Shown: positions 31,031 to 46,115, counted from the stretch's first letter. The stretch: 64,000 bases of DNA from the human T2T-CHM13v2.0 reference genome, Homo sapiens (GCF_009914755.1 NC_060926.1); one strand, 5' to 3'. The notes: generated from the letters alone by a model not told the origin. Numbers and translations: made by a program.

Positions 31031-32193
31031 AAACAAAGATCTGAGACCAAATGAACCTGTTTTTTTGGAACTCTATGTAAAGCTCGGAGTGTTTTGAGGG
31101 TAAAGGAAGCTTTTTCAAGTCTCCAAAACAGATGGGCTTAATTTTTTCTCCTGCTAAGATTGTTGGACTATTTCTAGACTTATATAAAAACGGTGAACCA
31201 CAGAATGGTCTTGAAAGTCATATTGCTTGCCCAGTGGTTTTTTGCAAGTTAAATTCTTCTAGATGGAACAGAAAGCAAGTTTCAATTAAATGCACTATTC
31301 TAAAAAGCTCAGCTCCTCTCTGTGTCTGGTCCTGTGTGGTATGAGCTAAGAATGCTGGCCTTTGAGAATAATTGTTCCTTCTGAAGAGATGAATTAGATC
31401 TTCCAGAGTCCTAGGGTATTGCTGGATATGTTACCTTTTCCAATTAGGAGCTCTAAAAGAAGTTGAGTTTTTTTTTATTCTGTGATTTAAAATGTTCTGC
31501 TCTCTTGTACCGAACGTAATTTGGCATAAGTAGAATTAGACGAGCTACTTTGTCTTCCTAAGTTGTTATCACCTAAGCGCTGATTTGAAATAGCAGCTAA
31601 AGAGAAATAGAATATAAATCTGCCATGTATGTGTGAGTAATGAAGTTCAGAGGTAGAGCAACTTAAGTTGTGTAATTGTCAGCTAAGACAACAAAGCTAT
31701 TCTAAGGGTTTCCTTCTAGCACCAAATTACAGTCTGTCCAAACAGAGAAAATTAAATCAGACTGCTTATAAATTAAACCTCTTCCACTGGCAAGATTGTT
31801 CTGCCCTAAAAGAAGTGTTGCTTTCAGGCAATATATAGCTTCAATAACATGACATCTGGATCTGCCACAGAACTTACAAAGCCATTCCAAAAGGTCTTCC
31901 TCTTCTCCCTTCTTGGCTCCTACCTTCCTTAGAGAAAACAAAATTGGCACCAGCAGGTTGTTTGGAATTAGAATTGATAGCAGACCTATCAGGGTATCAG
32001 ATGTTTGGCATGTTCATTGTTTTAAAGCAGTGTTTACGAAGTTGGTCTCCCATATTTGTTGGAGGCACATTCATGGCATGGTATTAGGAGCACCATCCAA
32101 AGGTTACCAAGCTCCAAGTGTCTTCTCCTCTGCTCTACTTCCAGGTTTGAAGTGCTCTCGCTGGAGCCTTGTTCTTGTGGGCTAGGTTAGGAA

Positions 32194-32395
32194 CAGGGTC
32201 CGAAAACTTTTTCTGTAAAGGACCAGGTAGTAAATGTTGCAGGCCATACAGTCCCTGTTGTGACTATAGAACGCTGCAGGGTAGCAGGTGGAAGCAGTCA
32301 CACAATATGTAAAAGATGGCCATGGCTGTGGCCCAATAAAACTTTATTTACAGAAAGAAGCAGCCAGCTATATTTGGCCTGTGGGAGTAGTTTGA
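32194..32395 (+). mobile_element. MER58A
   Basis: cagggtc..aaactttttctgtaaaggaccag...ccaataaaactttatttaca...tttggcctgtgg. Confidence 0.8.
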
Positions 32396-33238
32396 AGGCA
32401 GAAAAAGCAAAACAACAATAAAATGGTTATTTACGTAAAAAAGAACATCAGAAAAGTCTAAGTTTTCTTTTCTTTTTGAAAACCTGAAAGCTAAGAAGAC
32501 AGTGGAACAATATGCACATACTTGTAAATCCCAAATTTCTATAACCAATGAAGGTATCTTTCACCTGTGGGAGAAAAGGAGCACATGTTCAGATATGTAG
32601 AAGTTCAGAAAATACATCACCAAAAACACTCGTAAGCCCTAAGGAATTACTTCAGACTAACAAAAATGAAGTCAGATCAAGAACTCAAGATAGAGAAAGA
32701 CAATATAAGAAACAATGGTGAATAATGACTTACAAAATGTAGAGTGACATTTAAATGGTTAGTGATAAATTATAATATGTGCTATAATATGTGGAAAAAT
32801 GTGTGTTAATACATTTGTTAAAAGCAAATTTTTGTAAAAGAATAGCTATGCTTTAAGAAAAAAGTTAGAGAAAGCCCTGGATTAAAAGCAACTATAATTA
32901 GAAGAGTTTTATGCTGGCAGAAGATTAGCAAAATATAACGCTGAAGGCTGGATATCATTAGATATCATAGAAATCTACATACAGAAATAAAGTCAAGTTT
33001 ATATGGAGACCTACATGATAGGGGTGGCACTGGAAGCCGATGGAAAATTGATAGATTATTCATTATAACATCAGAACGACTGACTAGCTCTCTGAGAGAA
33101 ACTAATAAAAAACTACTATATCATAATATATACAACAATAACTTGCAGAAAGATTGAATATCCACGTAAATTTAAAGTAACAGAGGAATATACAGGCAAG
33201 TATTTGTTACACTTTGAGGTAGAGGGGGCCCTTACTTA

Positions 33239-33658
<420 letters not shown>

Positions 33659-34854
33659 TCAAAAGAGAGCCCCAGTTGACTTCACAATGCAAAAAAAAAA
33701 AAAACCTTTTTTTTTGTACAAGTCTTAGGATGTCTATCTATATCTTTAGTGCAATTTAATCCCCACATACAACTTGAACTCTGATATGTGGAAGTAATTG
33801 TATACAAAAACAAACAAGTAAACAAAAAATGCAAAACCAAACGACAGCACATAATACAAATGCAGTTTCCTTTTCTTCTTAACTGAGCATAAACAGGGTT
33901 TTTATAGTCTTACAAAATCAATGAAAGCAATAATCTAAACTCCTAGAACTGTATATATAGATACCCTCCCCCCACACACTCACATGTACATACTCATACA
34001 CACTCTTCCATCCATAAATTAAGAATATAGAAACAAATCAAGAGTCATCTGAAAAGACTGAAAGTCCAAATAAAAAGACCAATCTGAGAAGTAAGATGGT
34101 TCACTTTTGTATGAAAATAATCTGTAAAAACACAAAAGACTGTATTTATAAATTACTAAATGTATATTATCAATATAATTTTTAGGATAATGAGTAATAA
34201 AGGGGGAAAGAAGTGAAATCAGAGAAGCCTGGGTTTCCGTAAAAGTATGATTATTGAATTTTAAAATGAAGTGGAGATAGTGAATAGCCAATTGGGTAGT
34301 GCAGAAAACCAATTCAGGTATTTGAAGATCAAATTAAGAAATTCTTTTATTCTGAAACAAGGAGTCACTCAGAAAATATAGCACCTGCATACTTTTCTAA
34401 TTAAATTATATGATAATTACTACTTAATTGACTTAGCTACTAAAACTAAGTCAATAAAAAGAATACACTAAAAATAAGGAAGATATCTAAAATGATGTAA
34501 ATAAAATCAGTAAATCATAACTGTATATAAATAGCGTTTGGAAATGTGGTTATAAAACAATGAAATGTTAAAATTCTTGCAATTTTGCATTTTCTTGGAA
34601 TTCTTTAGCAAGGAAGAATAGAGCATGTCTATCCATAATGATCTGTATTTAAACAGTTTATTTCTATAAAATATGGTAGTTTCAGGGGTAGCAGAACTAA
34701 TTTTTTGTTTAAATTTATTAGCCCATATGAAGGGCACCAAAAGATGCTACCTTTTATTTGTTAGAAAAATGTAGATTTTTTTTTCTTTTACTTTAAAGGT
34801 AACTAGCAAAAAATTGGAATGTATTATTTCCAAATCAGAGATTGTATTACTTCA

Positions 34855-35455
<601 letters not shown>

Positions 35456-36347
35456 TCATCATTTAAAAGAATCTATAGCCCTAAATCAAAAGCAACCTCG
35501 TATCCAGCTACAGGAGACTGGCTATTTTATGGCACATTCACAAGGCAGAATGTTAAGAGTTAGTGTTGAAGATTCAGTATTAAGGGAATAAAGTGGATTA
35601 TAAAACAATGTTATACTGAATAGATCATATAGCACAATGTGAATGACATTCTGAAAATATAGATCCTCCTTAGATCTTATACTTCAAGAGTCTTGAAGTA
35701 GCTTGAAGTATATCTTTGCTTTGTAAATTGCCTGGTAGGAATGAAAACAGAGGATTGAAGGTGTTTGAACAGGGGCACGAGGTAAATATATAATGGCTGA
35801 GTATAAAGAAGGACAACAGCCTTGGAGGTGGCTTGTGATAACTCTACCCAAAAGTGATATGGAATGTTCCATGTAGGTTCTATATTGTAGAAGATAGCAA
35901 ACAAACCCAACCCAATCTCTTCTTAGGGAAGTAAAAATGCTAAAAACACACGATGAACTAGGGTTAGATGTACAAAGAGAGGATTTCAATCTGCTTCTGC
36001 ATTTGGCCTAATGAAATCCCTGTCTTTGAAGCGTTTGGTTCTGGAGTGACTATACAGCTAATAGAACAGCTTCCCTTATTTTTCCATGTTCCTATGCACT
36101 CCTGATATAAATCCTCATTATCGATAGTAGTCTGTGATGTTTCTTCTTTGAGACCTTATAGAACTTGATATATATGTATGTATAACTCTGAGTGGTGGAA
36201 TTTCACATGCTTTTTATTCCATTCTTGTTACTTATCTGTATTGTTTAATTTTTCTGTAATGAATATGTACTATTTATGCAATAGAAGAATAATAAATGGT
36301 ACTTTAAAGTTAAATTTAATTTAAAGGCAAATTAATTTTATAGATGA

Positions 36348-36745
<398 letters not shown>

Positions 36746-39099
36746 ACATTATTCGTATTATTTGACCTGGTCGTTGTACTTCTGGGAATCTACCCTAAAA
36801 ATTATCTTTGATACAGAAAAAGCTTTATGTACAGAGATATTAATCAAAGCATCACTTATGATAATTCAGAATTGGAGGCAATAGTCACTAAAGAAAGTTT
36901 GGAAATGCCATTTAATGGAACATTAAGGAGTAAAAGATAATGTATACCCAGGATTTGTAATAACATGGAAAATTGCTGATGAGTGAGTAAAAAAATCATA
37001 ACTAGGGAAAAGTTGCTTTTTATAATGAAAAATTATATAAGTTATATAAACTACATATTTAAGAAGGTAAAAATACAAGCAAGTGGAAACAAAGCTTTTC
37101 CTCCCCCCTCTTGATGAGATTTGATTATAAATGTTCTTTTCTGTGGGGAAATCAGATCAACCTTGGGTTACTTAATAACAGACCCAGACCTAGTTCAAGT
37201 GTTTGTACAGGGACTCAGAGCCTCTTGGCAAACACCAATCCTGCAATGCCAAGTTCAGCCACTTTTGACTGGTGGGAGCTATTATACCTGTTTGTGCCCA
37301 GTACTCTCTGGGAATGGAAAAGAGAGGATGATGGGTAGAAAGAAAGTAAAGCCTCCTAGAGACAAAAAGCACACTGTCATCCCTTTGTCTCACTTAGTGT
37401 AAGAGCAGGTTGTACCAAGCCATAGTGGGGTTGGAAAGACAAAGCTTTGACACCTCTCCTTGGCTCTGAGTTTGTCCCAATGCACCACCTTGCTCCAAGG
37501 GCCAAGAATGCCACCTGAAGAGAAGGTACGGCTCATGTGGGGTGAAGAAAGGAGTGGCAGCTTATTTAACTGGTTTTCTCTGCAATGTTTTCCCCAGGTA
37601 TACTTGTATTCCTGTGTCCAGTTCAGCTCATATTTATTAAACAACTGTTCATTTAGTCAGTCACTTATTCAGCTATATTTATTATCAACTATGTGGCATG
37701 CACTGTGTCAGGCTGATTGTCCCTGTTCTCAGTGTGGTGGGAAGTCGGACTTAAAATCTCACACAGTATTTGAACACTGACAAGACATTCAATAATTTTA
37801 AAATACTCATTAGTTTTTGGAAGTGTGATCATGTGAAAATATTTTGGGAATTTTTTTTTAAAGAAATAGTCCTTATTGTTTAGAGATACAGACTAAAGTA
37901 TTTAAGGGTAAAATATAATATTGGGAGGAAGTGAGGTAGTATAAAGATACAAAGATAAAATACCCATATGTTGTGGATTATTAAAACAAGAAGAAATGGG
38001 ACTTTGTTATAGTCTCTGTACTTTGTGCATGTTTGGAAATTTCTGTAATAAATTATTTTGTGAACACCCAACAACTAGATACTGTTGAATAAAAATAATT
38101 GCCCAGAAACGTGAAACACTATGAACTGAGGAACTGAGATGAGTATTTTGAAGGAAGACACTCATAGGAATGTAGAACTAGGAAAACGAATAGCAGGAGA
38201 CTTGACCTGGATTGAGATATCATGGAGGCTGCACCTAGCAGCTTTTGGACTGACATGAAGAGCAAGAGATGTTAATCCAGTGAAATGATGGAGGGCCTGA
38301 AGCATTCTAAGCAGTGGGACCTACCTGTGTCCAGACCCTTAGGTGGGGAACTTGCATGGGGTCTTCTAGAATGAAATGAAAGGATGGCTAGAATATAAAC
38401 AATGGCTCACATCTAGTGAGATTAGCTCTAGAGGTCCGACACAGTCAGACCTTTAAGAGGGGCTTTAGACCATCTTTAAAGTTTGATTTCTTGTCCCAAG
38501 TACAATAAGAAGTGGTTATGGGTTGGTGGTGACATAATAATAGTTACACTTTGCGAAGATTACCATGGCTACAATGAAGTAGACAAATGGAGATGGTGGG
38601 TTGGGTGGGGGAATAGAATTTGGAAGGCCTGGTAAGAGGCTATTGTAATATTGCAGGTAGGAGATCATGAGCCTCGGTGGCTTGAGTGGACATGGAAAGA
38701 GGTGGGTGGCTTTGACAAGCATTTAGAGGGTAACAGCCACATGAGTGAAGAGTTAGATATGGGAGACTAGAGAGAGAGGGCTTAAAGGATGCCTGGCCTA
38801 GCTTTTTATACTACAAAGATGAAAAACAAAAGACCACATTTTAATAAATGTTATGGTCAAGGAGATAAGCAGTTTCCACCTAATATGATGAATACTAAGG
38901 TAGAAATAAGCCCAGAGCTCCTACTGAAGCACGAAACATGTGAGTGAACTTATATCAGCCTGGGGGTCAGGAATTGCTTCCTAGGAAATACACAGTTAAG
39001 CCAAATCTACACTATGTGAATTAGAATTAGCAGGAAAAGGGAGTAAAAAAGCAAGGGCAACAGTATGAGCAAACTAGTGGAAGACATAAAAGAGCATGA

Positions 39100-39255
39100 A
39101 GCATGAAAACCAGAGTGAGAGAAGCCGGGTGCATAAGGAATGCAATTTAAGGAGGCACACATTCTCAGGTGTGCTCTGTATAAACTAAAGAGTGAATACC
39201 GCTTTAAATTTTGCACCCTGCACACCTTGCTTGCTTTGCTCTAATCCCTGCCCTG
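39100..39255. mobile_element. MER96-like palindromic hAT MITE
   Basis: aatttaaggaggcacacattctcag ... gagtgaataccgctttaaattttgcaccct...ctaatccctgccctg form inverted arms. Confidence 0.6.
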
Positions 39256-40174
39256 ATGAAGTGACTACTTACTGGTGCATGGGTTTGAAGCAGAGTTTAG
39301 TAGGAGATGAGGTAGCAAGGGTGAGATAATGGAAGGTCTTGCTTTGTGTACTAAGAAGATTGGACTTTTATTTTACAGAAATAGGAAGACATCAAAGGGC
39401 ATCATGCACGAAGAATTAAGGGTCAGTTTTATATTTTGGATAAATCTTTGTGATGTAGAATGAACAGAGAGAGAAAGAGAAGACCTAGAGAAGACCCAGA
39501 GATCTGTTAAGATCCTATTGCCTCATATTGCAGGGAGGAAATGGTGATGACTTGGGTAGGATGACAGTATGACAGAGAAGGAGATATATATAGATATAGA
39601 TATAGATATTCAAGATATATATAGGAAAATTTCATAAAAGATGAGTCAAAGATAACTCATATTTTTCTCAGTTGGGTAACTGAGTCCATGATGCCGTTTA
39701 GTGATATTTCCTATATGCATACGTGTGTACCCAGAAAAAGACACACACACGCACGTGTTCATTTGCTTAAAAAGCCACTGTGCTATTTGCAATACTCGGC
39801 CACCATATTTTCTATTTATACTGTTCTGCCTTGAAATAAACACACACAACAAACAAAAAGCAAAAACTCAACTCATTGTCTAGTTGCTACACCATAGCTT
39901 TGTTCTTGAAATATTGCACAGAATTAAACATTCATGTGACCAGGAATATTTTTTAAGAATTTAAAATTTAAAATCAGTAGATGTTGGGGGGTGGTGTAAT
40001 GACTGGCTGTATAAAAGAATCCTTTCTCTTTTTAACATGAATGACAGACTCGTGACTGTAAGCTCTGTTAGATCACATGGCATGTCCATTTTATTTATGA
40101 TCATACCTCCAGCAGATAACACAGTTCCAGGTATGGAGTAGGTACTCAAGTTTTTATGAAATAAAATAATAATA

Positions 40175-40530
40175 TTTTAGGTTGGGAAGATCTTTCTATG
40201 AAACAAGCTGGCCCCAAATTCAATAGCTTAACAATCATTTATTCTTGCTCATGTTTCTGTAGTCAGCAGAGTCAGCTGATTAAGGCTCCAAAGCTGGGGT
40301 TGGCTCCAGGCCATGGCCAGCATTCAGGTGATTGTTGTAAACATATTTCAGGCCTCTGTATTATATTTGCTAATATCCCATTGGCCAAAGTAAGCCCTAT
40401 GGTAGAGGCTAAAGACAAGGGGCAAGAGGAAACATTTGACAGTAGCGGAAAGAGCTACTAGGTCACATGGCAAAGGATGTGATTGCAGAGAATAGTGAAG
40501 AGCTAGGGACAATTATTTAATATACTACTG
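40175..40530 (-). mobile_element. Old MLT1-family LTR
   Basis: catttattcttgctcatg...ttgctaatatcccattggccaaagtaag...gtcacatggcaaaggatgtg. Confidence 0.7.
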
Positions 40531-40680
40531 TCCACACTCTTAGGAACAATTATTCAACTCCCTTCTACATGAAAAATAAACTTACCCCCATCCTAAGATC
40601 TCCAAAGTCTTATCTAATCATGGTATCAAATTCGAAGCCCAGGATCTCAATATCTAAAGCAGTCTAGATTTGGTTTATCT

Positions 40681-41666
40681 TTTTAAAAAAATGTTTTTAA
40701 TTTAATTAATTAATTTTTATTGATGCAGACTATAATAAATGTACATAGTTTTGGAGGTGCATGAGATAATTTAATACATTCATATAATTTGTAAAGATCA
40801 GATAATTTCTTGGGATATTGCAGTTCTTAGGATATCTATCACCTTAAATATTTGTCTTTTCTTTCTGCAATAACCATCAAAATTTTTCTATTCTAGCTAT
40901 TTTGAAATATACATTATTATCAACAATAGTCACCCTGCTAATCTGTCTAGCACTAGGTCTTATTTTTTTCTACCAAACCATATCTTTGTGCCCATTAATC
41001 AACTTCTCTTCATCCCCTTCTACTGCCTATCCTTCCCAGCCTCTTGTAACCACCAGTCTACTCATTCTTCATTAGATCCATTTTTTAGTTCCCACTTGTG
41101 AGTGAGAACGTGCGATATTGTCTTTCTGTGCTGGGCTTATTGCACTTAACATAATGATCTCCAGGTCCATCCATGTTCCTACAAATGACAGGATTTCATT
41201 CATTTTTATGGTTGAATAATATTCCATTGTGTATATATACCACATTTTATTTATCCATTTGTCCATTGATGGGCACTCAGGTGGATTCCATGTCTTGGCT
41301 TTTGTGAACAGTGCTGCAATAAAAATGGAAGTGGAGGTGTCTTTTCAATCTATTGATTTGCTTTCTTTCGTGTATATACCCAGTAGTGGAACTGGTGGAT
41401 CATACGGTAGTTCTAGTTTTTGTTTCTTGAAGAACCTCCATACTGTTCTCCATAGTGGTTCTACTAACTTAGATTTCCAGGAGCAGTGTACCAGGGTTCC
41501 CCTTTCTCCATATCCTCATCAGCATTTGTTATTGCCTGCTTTTTCTGTAAAAGCCATTTTAACTGGGGTGAGAAAAAATATGCTACAATAGTAACCAAAT
41601 CAGCATGATACTGACATAAAAACAGACACATAGACCAATGAAACAATAGAAAACCCAGATGTAAAC
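40681..41666 (-). mobile_element. L1MA 3' fragment with inverted 5' segment
   Basis: Antisense L1 3' end to ~41573, then sense ORF2 sequence (gtaaccaaatcagcatgatactgacataaaaacagacacatagaccaatg); 17-bp TSD, 15/17 identical. Confidence 0.85.
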
Positions 41667-41787
41667 CTAGATTTGGGTTCTCTCAATCTAGAGATGTATT
41701 TTTTTCACTTTCAAAAAAACTAAACCTTTTTCTGAGATATTTTGATGTATTTCATTACTTATGTATTTATTTACTTAATTTTGAGGT

Positions 41788-41915
41788 TATGATGGTTAAT
41801 CTTATTTGTCAGTCTCACTGGGCTACAGAATGCCCACATCTTTTTTCAAACCTTATTTTGGGTGTTTCTTTGAGGGTACTTCATTCTATTTCTCTGGAGA
41901 ACTCTGACTAATACA
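41788..41915 (+). mobile_element. MLT2 LTR, internally deleted
   Basis: 5' end tgatggttaat...ctgggcta joined to 3' end tttctctggagaactctgactaataca; gaggt/gagat TSD. Confidence 0.75.
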
Positions 41916-41969
41916 GAGATATTTTGTGATACAGTTCTAAGTATTAGTACAGGTAGATCCCATGCACCT

Positions 41970-42351
41970 TGTCTTAGTCTATTTGTGCTGATGTCACAAA
42001 ATTCCACAGACTAAGTAAGTCATAAACAGTAAAAATTTATTTCTCATGGTCATGGAGACTGGGAAGTCCTAGATCAAGGCACTGTCTGATAATGGTCCTG
42101 GTCTTTGCTTCCAAGATGGTGCCAGTTGCTGCATCCTCCAGGGGGGATGAAAGCTGTGTCCTCACGTGGTGGGAGGAATGGAAGGGCATGGAAGACTCTC
42201 TTCAACCTCAAGCTCTGTTAGAGGAGCACTAATCATATTCACAAGAAGGAGCCCTCATGACTTACTCACCCCCCAAAGACCACGTGTCTTAATACTGTTG
42301 CATCAGGGATTAAGTTTCAAAATAACTTTTGGAGGAGATACCACCATAGCA
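41970..42351 (-). mobile_element. MST/MLT1A-type solo LTR (MSTD-like)
   Basis: tgtcttagtc...aaatttatttctca...ggagactgggaagtcc...agccctcatgact...ccatagca. Confidence 0.85.
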
Positions 42352-42824
42352 TATCTCTATTCCGTTTCCTGTAGTGGTAAGGTCTTAAAAGCCTTACCCA
42401 ACCCATACATCATCCCAACCAGGATATTGACGTTAACACAATCCACTGATCTCATTCAGATTTTCCCCATTTGTCTTGCACTCACTTATGTGTGTGTTTG
42501 CACATGTTTAGTTCTACGCAACGTACAAGTTTGAGTCTCTGCCACCACAGTCAAGATACAGAAGAGTTTCATTATCAGAAAGATCAGAGATGTACTTTTG
42601 AATGGATGAATAGTGCTTAAAAGAGAAATGAGTTTTGTGGTTAGCTACTTAAGTCTCACCCTTTAACATTGTGGAATTTATCACTGAGAACTTCCTTTCT
42701 TCTCAAATCAGGAAATGTGTAATGTGAAGTTAACCTCAATGTGATGTGCCAAGGGCATGTGAAATCACAAGGAGAAAGTGCAGTATTTACTGAGTGAGCA
42801 GCTATTCCAGTCAATGGTAAGTGA

Positions 42825-43105
42825 TTTTTTTTTTTTTTTTTTTTGACGGAATCCGGCTCTGTCGCCCAGGCTGGAATGCAGTGGCGCAATCTCGGCTCAC
42901 TACAACCTCCGCCTCCCGAGTTCAAGTGATTAGTAGCTGGGACTACAGGCATCCGCCACCATGCCCGGGTAATTTTTTTGTACTTTTAATAGAGATGGGG
43001 TTTCACCATGTTGGCCAGGATGGTCTCTATCTCTTGACCTCGTGATCCACCCGCCTTGGCCTCCCAAAGTGCTGGCATTACAGGCGTGAGCCACCGCGCC
43101 CTGCC
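42825..43105 (-). mobile_element. Alu, AluSc-like, with a short internal deletion
   Basis: ggccaggatggtctc..tctcttgacctcgtg; gta(a/g)gtgatttt TSD. Confidence 0.92.
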
Positions 43106-43151
43106 GGTAGGTGATTTTAAAATTTACTTTTACATGAGAACGGCATGGGTA

Positions 43152-43464
43152 GGTCAGGCGCAGTGACTCATGCCTGTAATCCCAGCACTTTGAAAGACCA
43201 AGGCAGGAGGATGGATTGAGCCCAGGAGTTTGAGACAAGCATGGCAACATAATGAGACGCCATCTCTACCAAAAATTAAAATAAAAATTAGCCAGGCACA
43301 GTGGCTCTCACCTGTAGTCCCAGTTACTCTGGAGACTGAGGTGGAAGGATCACTTGAGCCCAGGAAGTTGGTGGCTGCAGTGAGCCAAGACGGCACCACT
43401 GCACCCCAGCCTGGGTGACAGAGTGAGACCCTGTCTCAAGAATAACAAACAGATAAACAAAAAA
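43152..43464 (+). mobile_element. Alu, AluJ-type
   Basis: ttgagcccaggag, ggctgcagtgagc, gagaccctgtctc. Confidence 0.92.
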
Positions 43465-44057
43465 TCCAGCATGAGTGTATTATGGAGTAGAATGCAACAT
43501 TTCTTTTTATCGAAAACAAGACTTCAAAGATAGGCCCTGCACATTGCAGTCATTTGCGGCCACACTTGTAGATCCTTCAAATTACGGAATCATCTTTACT
43601 GTCCTAAGAGGTACTTTGATAAAAACTTTGAGAAACACTTCTAGTTAGCTTTTCATCTGCTATTTTCCACCTCCTTATTCAGGGTATGCCTTAAGGCCAG
43701 GGACTTGGCAGTTGCCACTTTGTTATTCCTGGCAGCAGCCAGCACAAGGCACACCACGGGAGAAGCATTCAACTGATGTTGCTTGAATGGCTTTGTGCCT
43801 TGCCTATTAGGGATATAGATGATCCTCTATCTAGATCCCTGATAAGAGGGTAGAGAAACCTCAGATTCAGTCTAGACTTTGATCTACATTGCCATGTGGC
43901 CTTGTGCAAACTACTGAATGTCTCTGAGTTTCCTTGTCTGAAAAATCCAGAATACCCATTACATGAGGTTATTTTAAGACTTAAAGGAAATACTGTGCCA
44001 AGTATTCATCACAATGATACAAAGTAGGTACTCAAGAAATGAGAGCTGTTACGACAG

Positions 44058-44468
44058 TGATATGGTTTGGGTCTGTGTCCCTACCCAAATCTCATGTCAA
44101 ATTGTAATCCCAATGTTGGATGTGGGGCCTGGCGGGAGGTGATTAGATCATGGGGGTGGATTTCCCCTTTGATGATGTTCTCACAATACTGTGAGAGTGA
44201 GTGAGTTATTGTGAGATCTGATTGCTAACAAGTGTGTGGCGCCTCCCCACTCTCTCTTCCTTCTGCTCTAGCCATGTGAAGGCTCCTGCTCCCACTTTGC
44301 CTTCTGCTATGAGTAAAAGTTTCCTGAGGCATCCTTAGAAGCTAAGCAGATGCCAGCATTGTGATTCCTGTACAGCCTGCAGAATCATGAGCCAATTAAG
44401 CATATTTTCTTTATAAATTTCCTATTCTCAGGTATTTCTTTATAGCAGTGTAAGAATGGACTAATACA
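44058..44468 (+). mobile_element. MSTA/MSTB solo LTR
   Basis: tgatatggtttgg...cccaaatctcatgt...cctgtacagcctgcagaa...gactaataca. Confidence 0.92.
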
Positions 44469-45893
44469 TACACTGATGATGATGCTGGGATGTTGATGAT
44501 ATTAGCTTAATCTTAATAACTAACATAAATCATGAAAGAATTGTAAAATTAATTAACAAATAAATGAGGAAAGACATTTTCAAAAATAAATTTTTTCTTG
44601 CTCAACATCAAATATCAATTTTACTCCAGCTAGTAAAGAAGATAAAACTGAAGTCTATTCTAAGTCTACTAAGACATCGTAACATAAACAAACAAAATTA
44701 TCAGTATTCTCTTCCCTGGATCTAAGCACTACATGAAAATCCCAAGTCTTACTCATATTTTCTAAGTTAATGAGGAATCAGATATAATCGATGATGTTAT
44801 AGAGAAAACACTAAAAATAAAACAAATATATCTTGGAGAAAGCGTTTAAACATAGCTTTGAGAAATAAAAGCCTCTAGCATCATTTTTCTCTGTCAATTT
44901 TGGTAAAAGCATTTTAGGAAGATGCTTTTTACAAGACTTATCATTATGGAAGAGTGATAATATGAAAAGATCTTCTCTCAGACCTAGAGCATCTAATGAA
45001 AATGTATAATCTTCCATTCTCAGTTCGGCAAGGAGGTCTGGGTGCCACAACCTAAAAAGGGATTTTTTTTTTTTTTTGCCACTTTCTGTATTTATTCAGC
45101 CTGACAACATCACATTTTCCATAGCCTGTGATTGGGTGCCACACTGTCCATATTATCACACCTAGGTCAGTCTTTAATCAGAAGTCTTCATTTTCAAAGT
45201 GTCTCATGTCTATGAATCCACTGTCACATTAGTGGTGGCTGGATGGTGACTTCAAGGATATCTTTAGGTCCCATAAGTCCTAATAATTTAGAGGCATTTT
45301 CCTGAAATCATGAGTACATGCTTGCATATCCATCCAGGCAGGACCTGCTCCTAGAAGTGACTATCTGCTCCGAAGAAATCCAGAACTCTCTGGGGTGAGA
45401 GCACGGGGTGTTCCTAATGAAATAAATTCACAGGTCTCAATGAATGTCAGGCATGGCCTATAAGGGGGCCTGGGTGTCCGTTAATGGCACTTATTTTCTC
45501 CACCTGAATTCTGAACCATGCAAGAGGTTTATCGTATGCCTTAGCTGTGGAGAAACAATGGCCTTCCTAATGCTGAGCTACCAAATTATAGACTTATCTG
45601 GTCACTCTCAGGAAAGATGAGGTCTCTTTGTGTCTCCCTGGAGCCTGAACTGTAAGGCATGTGGTATGGAGTAATAGAGCAGAAGCCTGTGGGATGCTCA
45701 AGACTACAAAGAAAGGGATGAGGCTGGTCTTCATGTTCCCAGGTTCTCATCCAGGTCTCACCAATCTGAGGAATCACCTCTCTCCTGTGTGAAGCTACAG
45801 AAAGAGGCCCTGGGTGTTAAGATGATGGGGCTATCTCCAGTGGAAAGAAAACCTAGGAAATGAGGGACATGTGTTCCCTCTAATAGCTTATGG

Positions 45894-46115
45894 CAGGGTT
45901 CATCAAGCTCAGCACTATTGACAATTTGGACCAGATAGTTCTTTGCTGTGGGGGCCATCCTGAGCATTATACCACATGTAGTAGCCTCCTTAGCCTCTCC
46001 CCACTAGACATTAATAGCACACGCCCCCGAGTCATGACAACTGAAAATGTTTCCAGACATTGCCAAATGTCCCTCTGTGGGTGGGGGTAAAATTTTCGTA
46101 GGTTGAAAACCACTG
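45894..46115 (-). mobile_element. MER20
   Basis: caggg...cactattgaca...aaaatgtttccagacattgccaaatgtccc...ggttgaaaaccactg. Confidence 0.88.

Larger units (their letters stand above)
41770..42580 (-). mobile_element. L1MC-type 3' fragment interrupted by two LTRs
   Basis: caaccaggatattgac...ttcagatttt...caccacagtcaagatacaga. Confidence 0.6.

Noticed and set aside
41072-41646. ORF with WYIYTMEYY motif
   Set aside because: Remnant of the L1 ORF2 C-terminus, not a host gene
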